Shown: positions 1 through 10,925 of the stretch, piece after piece
Layout of the letters: each line of letters begins with the position of its first letter
Numbering within the stretch: position 1 is the stretch's first letter
Assembly (NCBI GenBank): GCA_963778555.1
Contig: CAVZUR010000004.1
Location: 180,151 to 244,150 of the forward strand
Reading direction: 5' to 3'
DNA length: 64,000 nt
DNA from: Candidatus Moraniibacteriota bacterium
Lineage (GTDB): Bacteria > Patescibacteriota > Minisyncoccia > Moranbacterales > UBA1568
Made by a program: the position numbers and the translations under genes
The notes under the pieces: generated by a model
Databases searched by the model: none
Told to the model about the DNA's origin: nothing
The model's input: only the letters and a program-made list of their open reading frames with translations

Positions 1-39
1 AGTGCGATCGATCACGCCCATTCCTACTCCGAACGACTA

Positions 40-342
40 ATGGACGCGATAGCTGATGTCGTTGCGGAGGGACTGGCCGTTCCAGAATTGTTGGGCAGGG
101 ATTTCAGCCCGAACAAGGTCATGGTGAATCTTTTGAGAACCCCAGAATTCGCTTTGCATTGGCCGCCCATTTACATCTCCATCATCGCCCCGCGCTGCGA
201 TGCATCGGTCCAGAGCCAAAATGAACTGGTGAAGCACGTTATTAGAGCGCTGAGAGAACTCCGGAGAAAGGAATGGATACATCCCGACAGACGGATTGGC
301 GTCAGGATTGAGTTCAGCGACAGCTCGTACGCCATTGTGTAG
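40..342 (+). CDS. hypothetical protein (may start upstream of the window)
   Basis: 100-aa ORF followed by a hairpin and T-run at about 360-393; no recognisable motif. Confidence 0.5.
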   Translation: MDAIADVVAEGLAVPELLGRDFSPNKVMVNLLRTPEFALHWPPIYISIIAPRCDASVQSQNELVKHVIRALRELRRKEWIHPDRRIGVRIEFSDSSYAIV

Positions 343-359
343 TCCACCGCACTACTTGC

Positions 360-393
360 AAGCCGACCGCCATCGCGCGCACGGCTTTTTTTT
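360..393 (+). terminator. probable intrinsic terminator between convergent genes
   Basis: aagccg...cggctt stem followed by a T-run. Confidence 0.5.
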
Positions 394-1384
394 AGTTTGA
401 AAATTGATTCGAGAGTAGGCTCCAAGCTTCGCGCGTATCGCGGAGCATGAGGTCCCAGGCCGTGACCGAACAAACGCTCGTCAGCGCCGCCCGGTCTTCC
501 TTCGAGAACTCCATCTGTTGAATATCCTGCTCTCCCATCACGGGATACATGATCGAGCGTGGATTCTCCACATGCCCCAGGCCGAGCGCATGACCGAGCT
601 CGTGGACAAGCACCATGGCGAGATGATCGCGGTCGTCGAACTGATAGATGTCGATGCTCTGTCCTGCATATACCCCCTGATCGAACGACCCCTCCGTCCC
701 GTACTGCTCGGTGAACTCCTCGACACGACTATTGTAACGCTCCACCACCTTTTCCTCCTCCTTCGCATATCGATTCACTTCCGTGACAAGTGCGTTCACT
801 CGGAGGCGCTGCGACTCGATTACTGGCTGCTCCGCTTTCAATTTTTTGGCGTCTGATCGGATCGCATCGAATTCACCGGTATCTAAACGGTCACCCTGGT
901 TCCATTCGGCGACGCGCTGATTGTAGCGGTCGAGGCGTGCTTCAAAACTGGCAATCGATGCGTCATATGCCTGCCGCGCTTTCGCCAGCTCCGTGGAAAG
1001 CACATCGAATTTCCCCTTGATGGTCGTCTGCTTGGACTGGACCGCGTCCCATTCGCGCTCGAGCTTCTGGCTTTCTTGCGTCCGGGCCTGCCGTTCATCG
1101 AAGATGAGATTCACCGGAAACAGCGCTCCCGCTTCGTACTGGAATAGGTTCCGTCCGAGCGCCGCCTCCCAGGGTGCTTCGGCCTGTGCCACCGCGATGC
1201 GGAACTCCGTTTCCGAGAGACCGAAACGCGCGTCAAACTGCCCGATCGAGTAGGTGAGGGCCTGCTGGCACGGCACGCGGGTGTATTCGAACGCATAGAG
1301 CGTCCCTAAGGTGAGACCGAGAATAGCAATCCAAGAGAATATCCGTACAACCATAAGTCTTCTTATAGTAGCATTTCCGTCCAT
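392..1384 (-). CDS. matrixin (M10-like) zinc metalloprotease with N-terminal TM anchor and coiled-coil insert
   Basis: HELGHALGLGH zinc motif, SIMYP Met-turn, N-terminal hydrophobic segment. Confidence 0.9.
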   Translation of the reverse strand: MDGNATIRRLMVVRIFSWIAILGLTLGTLYAFEYTRVPCQQALTYSIGQFDARFGLSETEFRIAVAQAEAPWEAALGRNLFQYEAGALFPVNLIFDERQARTQESQKLEREWDAVQSKQTTIKGKFDVLSTELAKARQAYDASIASFEARLDRYNQRVAEWNQGDRLDTGEFDAIRSDAKKLKAEQPVIESQRLRVNALVTEVNRYAKEEEKVVERYNSRVEEFTEQYGTEGSFDQGVYAGQSIDIYQFDDRDHLAMVLVHELGHALGLGHVENPRSIMYPVMGEQDIQQMEFSKEDRAALTSVCSVTAWDLMLRDTREAWSLLSNQFSN

Positions 1385-1391
1385 TGGCCTT

Positions 1392-1421
1392 TTGACAGCG
1401 GGCAGCGCCTGTTGCTAGTAT
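1392..1421 (+). promoter_or_regulatory. sigma70-like promoter for the small-paralog array
   Basis: TTGACA-N18-TAGTAT, then GGAGG RBS at about 1466-1470 and ATG at 1475. Confidence 0.6.
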
Positions 1422-1474
1422 CCAGGCGACGAAATCGTCCCCTTCCTTTACAATCCACCACCATCGGAGGCTCT

Positions 1475-1753
1475 ATGCTCATGTTCCGCATCATTTCACG
1501 TCCGCCAGGAACCCAATCGTACTGGATACGTGATCTCTGGATTGGCTGCGCCTTTCGAGTCCTCGCCGACCCGAATGATACGGAGACCTATCTGGTTCCG
1601 TCTGCCGCTGCATACACCGTCCTCACTGAGAAGTATGGCGCGGGCGTAACCGCTCACTTCTCCTTCCCAACCAACGGTCACATCCGCTTCCCGAAAAGCT
1701 GCTGCCAAATCATGGGAGCGAGCTCGCCCTCTCCACTCCACCCTATCCACTAG
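1475..1753 (+). CDS. small hypothetical protein, paralog 1 of tandem family
   Basis: RBS; PPG..IRDLWIG..YLV..RFPKSCCQ pattern shared with neighbours. Confidence 0.75.
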   Translation: MLMFRIISRPPGTQSYWIRDLWIGCAFRVLADPNDTETYLVPSAAAYTVLTEKYGAGVTAHFSFPTNGHIRFPKSCCQIMGASSPSPLHPIH

Positions 1754-1762
1754 GAGACCGAC

Positions 1763-2338
1763 ATGCCGATGATTCAGATCACGGACGTTATTCCGCCGAG
1801 CGAACTGGCCGAGGAACTTTCTGCGCGCCACGCCCTGGTTGGGCTGAAAGTCATGGCCGATGACCGCACCGTTCAGGGTCTCCGCGCCCTGAATCCGAAT
1901 CTGCCGCATCTCCCCGATACCTATGAGGTCGCGGGGCGCGATATGTTCGACGCTCTCTGGGATGCCAACCGCTGCGAACACGCCATCTACTGGCAGGACG
2001 TCATCCGGCCGCAGCTCTTCCGTATTCCGCTCCGCTGCGCGAGCGTCATGCACCGGGTTCGTATCGCACGGACTCCCAATCTCGCCACCCATCCGCTCAC
2101 GCATCTCGTTGCCCTCCAAGGGCTAGAATTCCTGCTCGATTTCGATGAGATCGCCGCGTGTTTTGCCGGTAATCCAGACCAGGAACGACCGCCGACTTGC
2201 TTTCTCCCCGTCCCGCGTAACCGCATTGTGACGCTCTTGAGGCAGGCGTATCGCAGTCTCTCCGCCGATTACTGGCAACGGCAAGACATCGGCTACCTTC
2301 CCATCCATGAATCGTGCTGCCAGCTCTGCGATTCTTAA
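1763..2338 (+). CDS. hypothetical protein with two tandem copies of the same small domain
   Basis: AGGAG RBS; both halves end in YW...C (RIPLRCAS; PIHESCCQ). Confidence 0.75.
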   Translation: MPMIQITDVIPPSELAEELSARHALVGLKVMADDRTVQGLRALNPNLPHLPDTYEVAGRDMFDALWDANRCEHAIYWQDVIRPQLFRIPLRCASVMHRVRIARTPNLATHPLTHLVALQGLEFLLDFDEIAACFAGNPDQERPPTCFLPVPRNRIVTLLRQAYRSLSADYWQRQDIGYLPIHESCCQLCDS

Positions 2339-2353
2339 CCCCAGGAGCGCACC

Positions 2354-2647
2354 ATGCAAAAAATCCATGTCGTGAGAACTCCCGCCGGCGCCGGACCGGA
2401 AGACGCGCGCCGCATCTGGGTCGGTCATGTCCTTCCTCTCGCGCCACCCAAACGCCTCGCCGAATTGCATCTCGAGTTTCCGCATCTCAAGGATTTGCCG
2501 GAGGCCTACGAAGTTGAATTCCGTGCTGCTCTCGAGGCCTTGGCGCTCGGCCCGTACCGCTACTGGGTTGACTACCTGCGGCGCATCGTACCGCCGCGTC
2601 TGCTGCGCTTCCCCAAAGACTGCGCCGAACTCACTGGCCACACCTAG
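2354..2647 (+). CDS. small hypothetical protein, paralog of tandem family
   Basis: AGGAG RBS; TPAG..RRIWVG..YEV..RFPKDCAE. Confidence 0.8.
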   Translation: MQKIHVVRTPAGAGPEDARRIWVGHVLPLAPPKRLAELHLEFPHLKDLPEAYEVEFRAALEALALGPYRYWVDYLRRIVPPRLLRFPKDCAELTGHT

Positions 2648-2656
2648 GAATCCATC

Positions 2657-2953
2657 ATGACCAAAAAACTCCGCATCACCGTTACGCCACCTGGGGTCGC
2701 CCCACTATTCATCCGCGAGCAGTGGATCGGCATCGAGATCCCGATCAACGAAGCGGCCGTAGAGCATGAGCTCGAGACGGACCCGGCCTGGAAAGACTTC
2801 TCTGTGGACGCCCCCGGCTACCATGTCATGGCCCTCGATGCCATCCAGGCACTCACCGACGCCGGACGATTCAAAGCTGCCTACTTCTGGGATGGCATGC
2901 CCGGGACGATGTATCGCTTCAACCGCAGTTGCGGCGAGATCATCGAAGTCTGA
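2657..2953 (+). CDS. small hypothetical protein, paralog of tandem family
   Basis: TPPG..REQWIG..YHV..RFNRSCGE. Confidence 0.8.
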   Translation: MTKKLRITVTPPGVAPLFIREQWIGIEIPINEAAVEHELETDPAWKDFSVDAPGYHVMALDAIQALTDAGRFKAAYFWDGMPGTMYRFNRSCGEIIEV

Positions 2954-2989
2954 TGACTCTCCGCCCACCCCGCGCCACGCGCAAACAAA

Positions 2990-3023
2990 GAGACGACCCA
3001 CCCCGGGCCGTCTCGCTTTTTTT
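2990..3023 (+). terminator. intrinsic terminator after the paralog array
   Basis: gagacg...cgtctc stem followed by a T-run. Confidence 0.6.
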
Positions 3024-3047
3024 ATTCTATTCACTCATCCCTCAAAC

Positions 3048-4118
3048 CTATACCCTGAAATACTCCTTATACCATTCAACAAAATTCTTGATGCCAAGTT
3101 CAATGCGGGTGGTTGGCTTCCAGCCGAGCTTGCGCAGCTTGCGAATATCCGCGACGGTCGAGGGCACATCGCCGGGCTGGATCGGCAGCAGTTTCTTTTT
3201 CGCTTTCTTTCCCACGTTTTCCTCGATGACTTCGATGAAGCGAGTGAGCTTTTCTTCCTTGTCGCCACCGATGTTCATCACTCGCGCGATTGGCGTATTC
3301 GCCCGTCCGCGTTGTGCATCCGGGTAAACATCAAGGCAGGTCAGGATGCCCGAGACAATATCGTCGATATAGGTGAAGTTCCGCGTCATCTTGCCATGGT
3401 TGTAAACCTTGATGGTCCGGCCCGCGAGAATATCCTGGGTAAAAGTGAAGAGCGCCATGTCCGGCCGGCCCCACGGACCATAGACGGTGAAGAAGCGCAG
3501 TCCGGTCGTAGGGAGTCCATGGATATGGCTGTAGACATGCGCCATGAGCTCGGTCGCTTTTTTGGTCGCGGCATAGGGTGAGATCGGCGTATCGACAGAG
3601 TCACTCTCGGCAAATGGAAGTTTTTTATTGTTGCCGTAGACAGACGATGACGAGGCGTAGAGGAAATTCTTCACCCCGTACTTCACCGCGAGATCGAGGA
3701 GGTAGGTGGTGCCCATCACGTTCACATCGGCATAGAGGGCCGGGTTGCTCAGACTGTAGCGCACCCCCGCCATCGCCGCGAGATGGATGACTTTGTCGGG
3801 CTTTTCCTTTTTGAAGACTTTCTCGAGAAACTTCACGTCGCGGATATCGCCGCGATAGAGCGTAAACCCGCCCACCGCTCGCTTTCCGCTCGCGGTACTT
3901 CGGGCAGGCCGCCCTTGGTAGTCTTTCAGAAAAATCTTGATGCGATCCTCTTTGATCCGCGGGTCATAGTAGTCATTGAAATTGTCGATGAGAATCGGGG
4001 TGTCGCCGCGTTCCATGAGCGCCCGCGCGGTCGCCGAGCCGATGAAGCCCGCGCCGCCCGTGATCAGGACTTTGATGCCTTTCTGTTTCGATTTTTTCGT
4101 CGTTTTCTTAGTGGCCAT
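3048..4118 (-). CDS. NAD-dependent nucleotide-sugar epimerase (UDP-glucuronate 4-epimerase-like extended SDR)
   Basis: TGGAGFIG, HLAAMAGVRYS, YAATK, LRFFTVYGPWGRPDMA. Confidence 0.92.
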   Translation of the reverse strand: MATKKTTKKSKQKGIKVLITGGAGFIGSATARALMERGDTPILIDNFNDYYDPRIKEDRIKIFLKDYQGRPARSTASGKRAVGGFTLYRGDIRDVKFLEKVFKKEKPDKVIHLAAMAGVRYSLSNPALYADVNVMGTTYLLDLAVKYGVKNFLYASSSSVYGNNKKLPFAESDSVDTPISPYAATKKATELMAHVYSHIHGLPTTGLRFFTVYGPWGRPDMALFTFTQDILAGRTIKVYNHGKMTRNFTYIDDIVSGILTCLDVYPDAQRGRANTPIARVMNIGGDKEEKLTRFIEVIEENVGKKAKKKLLPIQPGDVPSTVADIRKLRKLGWKPTTRIELGIKNFVEWYKEYFRV

Positions 4119-4131
4119 AGACTCGAAATGA

Positions 4132-4923
4132 TTATTGACGAATGAGCTCTCGGATTCGTTTGAAGAGACCAGCAGGCCCGCCGCGCCGCATTTCACGGTA
4201 CGCATTGCCCGCAAGCTCAGCCACTCGTCCGATGGGCGATCCGGGACGGAACAGCGACTGCTGCAGTGCTTGACGCTGGGCGTGATGCCGTTCCCACTTC
4301 AAGGCCACCCGCTCGCGCTCTTGGGTCGTGAGCGCTCCCTTCCTGAGAACCAGCGTGAAGCCGTTCCCGATTTTATCATCTGTGTCCTGGAAGTCAACGA
4401 GCTCCCAATCGAGGCCAATTCCCCGGACCAATTCCACACCATCCTCCGTCACCCAGAAATTGCAGTGACCCGTCTCTATGTCTGGCGTCACTGCCAGCGT
4501 CCCCGCATGCCGCGCCTGAAGTTCGATGAGCATCGTCGGGGTTTGGTTCCGATCAAAAGTCCGCTCACGATGCGGCACGATCATGAATACATAGCCGCCC
4601 GGCTTTACCACGCGATACCATTCGAGAAGTGCCGCAATTGGGTCGGCAAAGTGTTCGAGGACATGCGATGATACCACGAAGTCCACTGATGCGTCCGGTA
4701 CCGGCAACCGATCCCCGGGCGCAACGAAATCGATCGGCGCTACCTCGCCAGAAATATCAAGCTCGCGTTTCTTGTAGGTACTTTCATTGAATTCGTCAGC
4801 AATGTCGACGTTTTTGGTATTGAGACCGAAGGGGTTATGCGCCGAGGCGCCGATTTCGAGTCCCGTGAGGCCGTCAAGGTACTGATGGGCAAGCCGGCTT
4901 TCCGGGAAAATCCGTTTCGCCAT
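4132..4923 (-). CDS. class I SAM-dependent methyltransferase
   Basis: LEIGAS, DFVVSSHVLEH, RVVKPGG. Confidence 0.85.
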   Translation of the reverse strand: MAKRIFPESRLAHQYLDGLTGLEIGASAHNPFGLNTKNVDIADEFNESTYKKRELDISGEVAPIDFVAPGDRLPVPDASVDFVVSSHVLEHFADPIAALLEWYRVVKPGGYVFMIVPHRERTFDRNQTPTMLIELQARHAGTLAVTPDIETGHCNFWVTEDGVELVRGIGLDWELVDFQDTDDKIGNGFTLVLRKGALTTQERERVALKWERHHAQRQALQQSLFRPGSPIGRVAELAGNAYREMRRGGPAGLFKRIRELIRQ

Positions 4924-4924
4924 A

Positions 4925-6109
4925 TCAAACTGGCTTCAGGACAGAACGCAGATAGTCATAGTACGCCTCGTTCGTGGCATTTGCGTTCGTGTATTTTTCC
5001 AGCGCCGATTCCTCTGCCGCCTGGCCCATCCGGACGCGGAGCTCGTGGTCGGCGATGAGCCGCTCGATCTTTTCCACCCACTCGTCCGAGTTGCCGGCGA
5101 CAAAACCATCAGTGCCATCAGCGATCGCTTCGCGGAAGGTCTGCGTCGCGGCCGCGACGGTCGGCACGCCGACGATTCCCGCTTCAAAGAACTTCAATTC
5201 GGATTTGGATTCGCAGAACGGATTGCCGATCTCCAAGGGCGCGAGATTGATGTCGAGCGAGGCGATAACGTCAAACAATTCGCGGCGCGGAACGAATGGT
5301 TGCCGCTCGATCTGGCTGGCATACGGCGCAAACCGATCCTCCAAGAGAAGTGGTCCGACGATGACGAGTCGAAGCTCAGAGTGTCGATCGAGAAGGGTGA
5401 TGAGCGCGTCGGTAATCGTCGCGAAGTCTTTGTTGTGGCTCGGCGTGCCGGAGAGGTAGCCGATGCTGAGGAAGCGTTCCCTCATCCCGATGTCTTTCTT
5501 GCCCGCGCCTCATCCGCCCAGACGACATCCTGCTGCTGAGAGCCGATTCGGGACAATGAAGACTTCTTTTCCCCTTTCCCTCAACTTGTCCGCGAGAAAA
5601 CTCGTCGTGGTGGTTGCGACGGTCACGTGTGGGTCGGCGAGAATTTCACCGCCGACGCCCTGCGCGTAGAGTTTCCGCTCGAGCGTATTCATCTGATGCC
5701 AATAATCCATGTGCACCAGGAACGCTGGATCGTAGACGAGATCGTCGGTTTCAAAAATGATGGTCTTGCCAAGCGCTTTCACTCGCGCGATGAAGCGCGC
5801 GATTTTCGGCGTCATGAGAACACGGTGGAGAATGAAAACCTGGAACTCATCCGCATACCCGAGCAAGCGAGGATTATCCTGCACGGTGACGGATGCCCCG
5901 AAACCATGCAGCCGAAGCTCTTCGGCGACATGCGTCGTCCGATAGCGCGCGCTGTCTCCCACCCCGCCCGAGATGAAGAGGATATCGCCGGGCGCCACGG
6001 GAGCGAAGAGCGCCGCAAAGGCCGTCGCGACGCGCCGTCCGCCGCGCACCAGGCCATCGCGCTGGATCACGCTCCAGGCTTTCCCGATTTTGATGAGGAG
6101 AGTTTTCAT
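4925..6109 (-). CDS. GT-B glycosyltransferase (apparent 1-nt frameshift near 5535)
   Basis: Two ORFs (5510-6109, 4925-5485) form one GT: ETDDLVY, IGYLSGTPSH, DINLAPLE..FCESKSELKFFEAG. Confidence 0.85.
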
Positions 6110-7324
6110 AGCGTTAAAATTTTCTGATACACCCCTTCGAGGATTTCGCCCGTCTTGTCCCAGGAGAATTTTTCCTTGGCCCGCGCCTTGTTCGCCTCGC
6201 CCTTCCGCTTGCGGAGCTCCGGATCACGGAGCAGCCTTAGCACCGCGTCCGTCAGTCCCTGGCTGGAAACTTCATGCGCGTACTCCCCGCCTTCGCCGAG
6301 ATACTCGCGATTATTCTCCGTGTCGAAACACACGACCGGCAGACCCGCCCCCATGTACTGAAGCATTTTCCCGCTCGCTTGGCCGACGCCTTCTTCCTTC
6401 GGATCGATGCCGACATCGCGAGAGCGCGAGGATCTCGCGCAGCGAAAAATACGGCAAGGGTGTGATCGGCGTCACGCGGTCCATCCAGGCTTTGTCTTTG
6501 AAATACGCCGCGACCTCGTTCCATGGAAATCCGGCGATGACGATATGCGCGCGTGGATCACCCGCGAGGATTGCCGGGACTGCCTGAATGAAATGCTGGA
6601 TGCCTTTGTTGGCAACGAGCGCGCCGGTGTACGTCACGACCAGCGTTTGCTCGGGGAGGCCGTATTTCCGACGCAGCGCCGCGCGCGGAAAATCAATACT
6701 CGCTTCTTGGTCAGTCCCGACTCCGTCCGGCACAGTGGTGGGTTCATTTTTCTTCCGCAGGACGCCAATGTCGCGAGTGTTCCGCCACGAACTGGTCACA
6801 GCTACATCGCCGAGATTATCGACGACTTGTTCCACCCACTCGAAGAGGCGGCGGAGCACTCCTGTCTGGAGATACGCATGCGAGACCATTTCTTTCGTCA
6901 GGCTGCCATGGAAATCCACCACGAGCAGCATGCGTCGCCAAAACAGCGCCTTTTGTACAATCCAGCCGATAAGTGCGCCCTCATGCAGATGCCCATGGAG
7001 AATATCCGGCCGCGTCGTCCGCGCCAAGAAAAAAACTTTGCGGATGAGCATCAGATCGAGGATTAGTTTCTGCCAGTCCGGCCCGGCTTCGAGTTTTTTA
7101 TACCAGAACAAGAGCCGGCGAATACGGCGCACTTCGACCTGTTTCGCCAAAGCGGGCGGCAACTCCTGACCGATATGGTACGTCGCGATGGTCACCTGAT
7201 GACCACGGCGGGTCAACGCGAGCGCTTCCTCCAAGATGCGGATATGCGATCCCCGATCCGAAAAAAACGGCGTCGGCGCGATCATCAGGACTTTTTTGGA
7301 TGCGTCAATCATAGCTATAGGCAT
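6106..7324 (-). CDS. family 4 glycosyltransferase (apparent frameshift near 6415)
   Basis: APTPFFSDRG N-terminus; C-terminal MLQYMGAGLPVV in a shifted frame. Confidence 0.85.
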
Positions 7325-7444
7325 TATACCTTAGCCAGAATCCCGAAGGAAAAAGAAATGCCGGACCCATCGTTGAGGAAACCGGCGAAAATCTGAGGAG
7401 GAACTGGAGACACTCCGAATAACCGCCGCAGCGACACAGATTAT

Positions 7445-8269
7445 TTACCTGTGCCTAGTGATAAAAGCAATGGCATCCTGAATCCCAAGATCAACCAAAC
7501 GGTTCAGATTTGTGTGACCACTATCGAACTGCCATCGATTGGGCAGAGTTTGAGTGGGCGAGATCACTCGTATGCGATCGGCATGCATTCGCACTATTTG
7601 TACGGCTGTCGCGATACGCTTCTCGACAAGCCGAATATTCGGCAGCACGGCGTAAGCAGAGTAGATACTAAGAAAAGCTTTCGCTAATTTTCCGATTTCT
7701 TCCAAGGGTCGGTTGCATACAATGATCACCTCCTCGTACCCGTCAGCCAAGGCTTTTTCAAGTGGTATCGGGTCTGAAAGACCGCCGTCGACGTAGACCC
7801 TTCTCTCAATACTTACCTTCGGATGGAAAACCGGAACCGCTGCGGATGCACGAACCTGGAGAAAGAACTCTTCTTCTGACTTCGGAGAGAGGTAGTGCGG
7901 TTCACCCGTCTCCCTGTCTGTTACGACAATTTCAAATGATGTCCGTGATGCCAGCATGTCCGTGATCGACAGGCGGTAGCGCCCACTCCGAAGAACATCA
8001 TTGAGATAGAACAGGTCAAGAATGGGCCGCTTCCCTGAAAGTATTCTCGATAGGTCAACAAGGAGATTGGAATGAACGCACTCCCGAAATATTCCCTCAA
8101 TGCAATCAGGCTGCCCACTGACTGCATAGCATCCGATATAGGCCCCAGCCGAACAACCGTAAATTCTTTCGAAATATCCATGTCCAAGTGCTCGGCAGAG
8201 AGTCGAAACGACTCCCCCGCCGTAGGCACCTCGTAGCCCGCCCGGGCCAATGATAAGTGCTCGACGCAT
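7445..8269 (-). CDS. patatin-like phospholipase
   Basis: GGLRG oxyanion loop, GCSAG nucleophile motif, DGG. Confidence 0.9.
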   Translation of the reverse strand: MRRALIIGPGGLRGAYGGGVVSTLCRALGHGYFERIYGCSAGAYIGCYAVSGQPDCIEGIFRECVHSNLLVDLSRILSGKRPILDLFYLNDVLRSGRYRLSITDMLASRTSFEIVVTDRETGEPHYLSPKSEEEFFLQVRASAAVPVFHPKVSIERRVYVDGGLSDPIPLEKALADGYEEVIIVCNRPLEEIGKLAKAFLSIYSAYAVLPNIRLVEKRIATAVQIVRMHADRIRVISPTQTLPNRWQFDSGHTNLNRLVDLGIQDAIAFITRHR

Positions 8270-8290
8270 GATATCGACTCCCACTAATTG

Positions 8291-10824
8291 TTAAGAAACA
8301 ATGGGGTGCAGTTTATTATTATTCTCAATCATTGTCAATAAAAAAGAGACCTCGCGCCTCCAAAAGATTACTCGCCATACAAATCGTGTCTCGGTAAAGG
8401 TCACTTCAGCGCCTTCGGCGAGCGTGCCCTGGAGGAGACGCTTCACGAAGGTGTCCTCCACGACGTCACTGATATAGCGGTTGATGGAGCGCGCGCCGAA
8501 CTCGCGCTCATAGCCTTTGGCCACGACTGCTCTGACCGCTTCGGGCGTGAAAGTTGAGCTCTCACCTTCTTTTCCTTGTAGAGCTTGTCAGCAAAGAACT
8601 TGAGCTTCAGCCCCGTCACTTGCTCCATCTCTTCGGACGTCAGCGAATTGAAGAGAATAACACCATCGAAGCGGTTGAGGAATTCCGGCCGGAACGTCCC
8701 TTGCTGAATGATGGAACTCATGAGTTCTTCTTCGATGTCGACCATCGAGCGGCCCGCCCCGGTCGCTTCATGAATGAGGTCGGCGCCCGCGTTCGACGTC
8801 GCGATAACGATAGAGTTGCGGAAGTTCACTTTGTGTCCGAAACCGTCCGTGACATAGCCCTCATCGAGAATCTGGAGAAAGAGATCAAGCGCCCGCGGAT
8901 AGGCCTTCTCCAGTTCGTCGAGGAGAAGGATGGAATAGGGATGCTCTTTCATCAAGGTCGTCATCCGGCCCTGCACGTTCATCTCGGCTGAACCAATGAG
9001 TTCGTCGATCGATTGCGGTGTCTGAAATTCGCTCATGTCGAGTCGGACCATGCGCTCCTCATCGCCGAAATAGACAGCCGCGAGCGCTTTGGCTGTTTCG
9101 GTCTTGCCAACGCCCGTCGGTCCGAGGAAGAGGAAGGAACCAATCGGTTTCTTGTCGTTGCCGAGACCACTTCTGGCCTTCCGAAAGGCTTCGGACATCT
9201 GTTTGATTGCCTCCTCCTGGCCGATGACGCGCTCATGCAAGAGCGCTTCAAGATTGAGAAGTTTGGCGCGCTCCTCCTCGTTCGCGTCGCCCATCGGAAT
9301 GCCAGATTTCTCCTCGAGAAAGTCTTCTACGACAGTCCGCTCGATGAAAGCGAGATCCGGATGCTTCTCCCAGTAGATGAGCACTTCTTGGGCGAGATCA
9401 ATGGCCCGCTCTGGAAACGGCATTTCCCAGTTGTACCGTTCAGCGCCTTCAACAATCGCGTGCAGAGATTGGAGTGTGAAGACAGGGCGCCGCTGCTCAA
9501 GTGTTTTGAAAGTATCCAGGAGAATCGCGATGGTTTCCTCTTTACTCGGTTCCGGAACGACGATCGCCTCAAAATATTTCAGCGCCGGGATCTGCCGTTG
9601 ACCGAGCGTATGATACGCTTCGCCCGTCATGAGACCGATGATGCGGCAGGTCGGCAGCGAGAGATAATCATTGAACACATCGCTCATTGCCATATCGCTC
9701 TCGGCATCGAGGAAGAGATTGATATTCTCGATGACCAAAACAACATTGCCGGCATACACCGCCTGGTTGAGGAGGTCGCGCAAGAGTCCCTTGGCGTCTA
9801 CTCCCTGGGTCCGGGCGTCCGAGATGGCCTGGCTGACGTCGAAAATGACGACGCGCGCCTCATCGATGACCCGATCCATGAAGCGGTTTTCGCGGATCCG
9901 TGCGGCAAAAGCATGCACGACACTGCGTTTGCCGATGCCCGGGTCGCCGATCAAGAGCGCCGAGTTGTCGTTCGGGCGAGAGAGCGTGAGTGTGAGCATC
10001 TCCATCACCTTTTCCCGGCCGATGCATTCCTGGCGGTGATAGTTGCCGAAATCATGTTCGGACAGATCGGTGATATAGCGGTCGAGATGCGGCGTATAGG
10101 CATACGCCCAGTACTTGCCAATCCGAGTCACCCGACGCAAATGCTCCCACTCCCAAAAACGTTCGGCACGTTTTTTTTCGGCAAAGCGTTTCCCCTCGAT
10201 AGCCCAAGCCTGATCAAAGAGTTCCGGTGCAATGCGCGCTGAGGCGAGGAACGCCGCTCGCTTTTCCGGCAGCGCGATCGTTTCGGCATCAATGTCCTTC
10301 GCCGGAAGCCCGAGCCGCATGAGCGATCGGTCGCGCCACGGCGCATGTTCCGGTTCGGCGATATAATCGGTCTGACTCCGCTCATGCTCATGCCAGGCGA
10401 TAACACCGATGATCACTATCACGAATGCGGCCACGAACGAAGCAACGCCCCAGATCAGACCGAAGGCGAGACCAACTACCAAGCTCCCACCGACAAGGAG
10501 GAGCGGCGCGATCGCAGCAAACAGCGAGAGCGCAACCACTGCGATGCCCATGAGTGCAATGGCGCCGAAGCCACAGAACAGCACAACCGAGCGAACGATT
10601 GACCCGAGAAAACGGGTGATCAGATTATTCAGAAGCGATTGGAACATAAGCACCGGATGGAATCCGCGCCAGGTCTGGAAACTGATATCGCGCTTCCAAG
10701 GCGAGAGGAGGGTGCGGAAGAGCCCAGCGACATTGAAGCGATGCAAAACATAACGGACATAATTGCCCGCAATCCGTGCGATTCCAAGAATCCCGACGGT
10801 ATAATACCAAAAGAAGAAGTTCAT
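8291..10824 (-). CDS. ClpA/ClpB-family AAA+ ATPase with N-terminal membrane segment (frameshift near 8555)
   Basis: GDPGIGK, FPERAIDL, GPTGVGKTE, RLDMSEF, LLDELEKA, FRPEFLNRFD; GARS tail in the 8291-8524 frame. Confidence 0.88.
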
Positions 10825-10925
10825 GCTGAAAGCGCTTGGTGTTTCTTTTATTTCCTTTATTGTAGCGTCTCGGTAGCCTTTCGTAAATTGAATCAGCGAG
10901 CTTTTTTGCGTATACTGAAGCCACT

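Noticed and set aside
7445-8269. Patatin as a CBASS or other defence effector
   Set aside because: No cyclase or other defence genes are adjacent. It looks like a solitary, more AT-rich gene.
9013-10242. Long antisense ORFs (also 31280-32608, 21815-22930, 20567-21403)
   Set aside because: These are shadow frames of well-supported genes on the opposite strand in GC-rich DNA.
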